12,484 bases of DNA. Source: Azolla caroliniana. Lineage: Eukaryota; Plantae; Polypodiophyta. This document shows positions 8,652 to 12,484 of this stretch, in pieces. The notes under the pieces are model-generated. The model was not told the origin of the DNA. It saw only the letters and a list, made by a program, of their open reading frames with translations, and searched no databases. The first letter of the stretch is position 1. Each line of letters opens with the position of its first letter. The stretch covers positions 1-12,484 of the forward strand of contig JBHGNT010001060.1 in assembly GCA_043228905.1 (NCBI GenBank), written 5' to 3'. Both the position numbers and the translations under genes were made by a program.

Positions 8652-11600
8652 CTGCAAAACATTGCAAGCAATACAAACCTCAACACCAAAATATTAAGAT
8701 TCAATAGAAAACGGACATCTGGCCATAGATCCATTTCAAAACAGTCATCAGTACTACAATAAGGCACCTTAAGCATGTATATTTTATGTACATACACATG
8801 TGTGTATGTGCAAGTGTGTGAACATATATACATATTTAGATATAATATACACACAAAAACATATACATATACACATCTCTCGGTATGCATCCTATCTTGG
8901 TTACCTTAAATATGGAGATTCCAAGCGTCCTGAGAACACATGTAATGTCATAAAGAACTCGAGGCCGACCCTGCCCACACATCTGAGTTGGTGCAGCCAC
9001 TAACAACTCCATATCTGGACCTCTACTTGCAATCATGACCTGCACAGGAATAACAATCTCCAGCTCTAACCGTGCACAAAGAGTCTCCTGCTTCTGAAGA
9101 TCAAGAATCTTCTGGCCACCCCTCTGTGAGATGAAAAACTCAATTTCTGCAGTACCTTCATCACTAACTGTAAAACGTCCATATGCGACCTAAAATGGTG
9201 TAAATATTTCCTCAGATAGAAGAAAAAGAAAAAGACTGGCTCTGACATTTTGAATACCATGAAAAAGTAATGTTTCTTCACAAAAAAATTAGAATAATTC
9301 TTTTCTATTTTTGAAAAGAGAAATGGCTCTGTTTGAAATACCTGCATTTGAAAATCTTTTAATATCCGCATGCAGTCGTACAACAACCCCTTACGATCAT
9401 TGCAAGAGATCTGCAACAATGTATGCCTGGGACTGAGAGAGTTATCTAAACCAACAGAAACTTTATCGGTTCCTGATGGCCCTTTCAAACAAAGGTCTTC
9501 AACATACGACGGTATGCTCAGAAAGGTGGTAGAATCAAGATCACCCCATTCTGGTCCAGCTTGCTTTATTTCATAGTGACCAACTGGATCACCAATGACT
9601 GCTCTCAACTTTGCACATAACTCATCTTGATTCTTTTTCTCCTTCAGCATTCCCCTGTAAAATGACATCATACTTTTTCCATTTAAAGCCAATTCACCAC
9701 TGTTAGGCATGATCAAGAAATCATAATGTATCTTATCATAAAACAAACCTGGTATCGGTGAGATAGTAAATATTCAATGCCTTGCCATCTGGAGTGGTTG
9801 TGGCCTTCAGTTTCTGAACTGTAATCTGGAGCTCCCAAAATATCCGAGCAACATCTTTATTATAAACCAAAAAAAAAACAAAAGAGAGTATAAGAAATGG
9901 TTGCAATAGCACATAGCCTCATTTTGTAAAATAGTTTCTTGTTCTGTATAGCTTAGACTCTAATCATAGTTGAAGGAACCAGAAGTAATCACAGGTTTAA
10001 CACTTGTTTGAAGAAGGTATCAAACTACAGGGGGAAAGGTCACTACAAGTTTCTTTCAATCAAAACTTTTGATGTAGCACACAGCCTCATTTTGCAAAAT
10101 AGTTTCTTGTTCTGTATAGCTTAGACTCTAGTCATAGTTGAAGGAACCAGAACTAATCACAGGTTTAACACTTGTTTGAAGAAGGTATCAAACTGCAGGG
10201 GGAAAGGACACCACAAGTTTCTTTCAATCAAAACTTTTGATGTATTTTGAAGAAATAAAATTGGCAATACATGGTATCTTTAAACCTTACCTTAGAAAAG
10301 GCAAGAAACATAATATTCCACCCAAATTTCACATAAAGCTGAGACTCTACGTTGTAGTGTATATTGTAGGGGCTCTCCTTTGGCTATGACCTGATAAAAG
10401 GACTACGATAAGAAATAACTACGAGCTGAGATAAGAAAGACTTGAGGTAGAAAAGAGAAATAGAGAGAAGGGTGAGCAAATAAAAGGCATTAACAAGCCA
10501 GGTTAAAATAGGAAATTTCAGAAAATCTCCCTTAACCTCTTTAAAAAGGAAACGATCAATTGCTTAGAATCTTGATCCAAGTAAAATTGCAATCTTGATG
10601 AGAGTTCTTTAACCCCACCCAAGCCTTCTTCAATAAAGTAGCCTTCTATAAGTTTTAGTGATTCTTTAGTGCCTACAGTTTGAGTCTACTGAATATAGAG
10701 ATAACTGAATAAATAGGACCTAAATTCACCGATAAACAGACGAACAGACATTATGAAATAAAGAAAATTAAACTTGTGGAATAACCTTGGATTATAAAAT
10801 TACATGCTAACAATCAGGATTCTAAACTTCACATTAATAATCCAAATGAAACACAGACATTTTAAAGAAAACTTTTGAAATTAACAACAAATCAATTTTT
10901 AAATTTAAATTACCAAAAATCAATATGTGAAGACTTGGAATCTTTGTATGTCAGAATGGTTGAAATGATAACACTATAGAGCTAATTAATTGGCTCTTAA
11001 CAATAAAATAAAAAATCATTTTAAAAGTCAAATTCCCATTAATAATTAGAATGAAAAAATAATGATAATAATAATAGAACAATTCAACAAAATCAATTCC
11101 TTTAACATCCTATAAACAACCTAAATCCGAAAGAAATCAACATTTAGCAGAAATGGAAACTGGATACTGCTCCTTGCTTTTGATTCGAAAATATAAGAGA
11201 AACTCAAATCAAATTTTAAAATTGACATCGATCATCTATTGAATTTGATAGTATCATAATATTAATTGAAATGGCCTAATTTGATATTATATTCAATAAG
11301 AAATCTAATGATTCACTGCATATGCAGAAATTTTGTCCAAGCATACCACATAATTAATCAGATTTCAATTTCGAAAATCAGATCCATTGTGATCTAATTT
11401 CAGACATTGAAAATTTATCAAATGAGATCAACTTTACAACCTTAATTCATTTTCAGGATTTTCTGCTAGGGTCATTACATTTTCACAAAAATACAAGGCA
11501 TTCTTCTTTAATACATCAAATATCATATGAACAGTTTTCTCATGATGTGATCCTAAGGTAGCAACAAGTTTATCCATCCAGCAAGTGAGGAATCCATCCA

Positions 11601-11971
11601 CAATGCTTTTGAAGGATAGGCAAAATTTTCATTAACAGCATCTACTAAGGCGTTTTTTTCTGCAAATCAGTGGGCAAGCAGAGGCATTACAAATTAGAGT
11701 TAAGATAGCAAGTTAGGAGGTTATATGTTGATTGATTGGATAAGCATCTTACCATTGAGTAGATCTGAGCGATCACGAGAAGAAGTCTGCAAGACATGTG
11801 TGACATTGAGCTTGGGCTCTGACAATTGGGGCAACAAAATATGCGGCCTCGTCGAGGGGCATGCAGCAATAAGCCGTTTTTTCAAAGCAATCCACCTGAT
11901 GGTTTTCATTGTTCCATCTCTATTAGAAACCCAAAATAGACCAAAGCACCATTTCCCGTCTGTTGACAGGT
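8505..11971 (-). CDS. ACR9: ACT-domain repeat protein, ACR9/ACR10-like; 5'-partial, 5 exons: 11971-11753, 9854-9749, 9654-9342, 9189-8905, 8651-8505
   Basis: Spliced frame (1070 nt, phases 1,2,0,0) is open and reads DLSTDGKWC..W.ALKKRL..ACPS / TTPDGK..YLTDTR / AGPE..LDNSLSPRHTLLQISCNDRKGLLYD / VAYGRF..SRGPDMELLVAAP..GQGRPRVLYD / RRWEFYR..KLMG*, the characteristic ACR9/ACR10 motif order. ACR9 versus ACR10 orthology cannot be resolved here. Confidence 0.92.
8774..8880. repeat. Imperfect TA/CA/TG dinucleotide-rich tract in last ACR intron
   Basis: catgtatattttatgtacatacacatgtgtgtatgtg...atatacatatacacatctct. Confidence 0.65.
8905..9189 (-). CDS. ACR9: ACR-like gene exon (VAYGRF...LGISIFK)
   Basis: TTTTAG acceptor ending 9190; donor GTAACC at 8904; 95 codons; GRPRVLYD motif. 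Confidence 0.92.
9342..9654 (-). CDS. ACR9: ACR-like gene exon (GMLKEKK...LKDFQMQ)
   Basis: TTACAG acceptor ending 9655; donor GTATTT at 9341; ACT motif CNDRKGLLYD. Confidence 0.92.
9749..9854 (-). CDS. ACR9: ACR-like gene exon (DVARIFWELQITVQK...YLTDTR)
   Basis: AAG acceptor after a poly-T tract, ending 9855; donor GTTTGT at 9748; TTPDG motif; not in the ORF track. Confidence 0.88.
9907..10242. repeat. 168-bp direct tandem duplication (2 copies) in ACR intron
   Basis: 9907-10074 versus 10075-10242; 7 substitutions and no indels by manual comparison (~96% identity). Confidence 0.95.
11753..11971 (-). CDS. ACR9: ACR-like gene first visible exon (DLSTDGKWCF...DRSDLLN)
   Basis: Minus-strand TTTTTGCAG acceptor ending 11972; donor GTAAGA at 11752. 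Confidence 0.9.
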
Positions 11972-12484
11972 CTGCAAAAAGCAAAACGAAAGATGATGAG
12001 CAACTTAGGTTTAGGGATGACGCCATGATTTCACTATCTGAAAAAGAAATGAGAAATAAGCCAAGCATAATTTCCATCAATGACACGAAATCAATCAACG
12101 ATAATATGATGTTAATCTTTGATGCTCATTCAGTCAATGATGAGAAACGAGCCCATCATGATTTTGATTACCAAACTACAATGAAAAATAAGAAATCATG
12201 ATTTCATCCGACGGTGATTATCCCATGATTCAACAATCCATGATACACTGATGATTTAATAGTCTATAATGACCCGTGGACCCATCAAAATATTTCTTAA
12301 CAATTTGTGATTACAAATATACCCATCACGATTGAAGAATGTATGATAAAAAGACAAAAGCCATCAATATTGATGAAACACATACCCTTCAAATGAAATT
12401 TGTAATAAGCTATGATGAAAACTAATCCATCAAGATATTAACAATGTATAACGAATAACAAACTTCAAGATTTTAACAATATAT

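Noticed and set aside
9066-9746. 226-aa minus-strand ORF as a single gene
   Set aside because: Only 9654-9342 is ACR coding; the flanks are intron read-through and the next exon is in a different frame.
11725-12201. 158-aa plus-strand ORF
   Set aside because: Antisense to an ACR exon and running into repetitive intron; no recognisable protein features.

Overview
AT-rich eukaryotic (land-plant) nuclear DNA with two convergent, intron-containing genes, both missing their first coding exon (outside the window). (1) + strand, 752-3569: eight GT-AG exons splice into one open frame of about 460 aa, recognisable as the plant 'BAT2-domain'/FAM114(DUF719)-like protein family (Arabidopsis At2g15860-like, recalled from memory). 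(2) - strand, 11971-8505: five exons encoding about 356 aa of an ACT-domain-repeat protein of the ACR9/ACR10 type. The ~4.9 kb between the stop codons holds: a probable decayed spliced coding remnant on the - strand with Ulp1/C48-protease-like motifs (4327-4923), several hairpins, an LTR-like block (~5575-6268), and a ~1.2 kb hierarchical degenerate tandem array built on a 17-18 bp semi-palindromic core (~6600-7815). A recent 168-bp tandem duplication lies in the long ACR intron. Most ORFs in the supplied track are exon fragments running into introns, or spurious. I found no convincing complete novel system; the repeat array and the Ulp1-like relic are the least explained parts.
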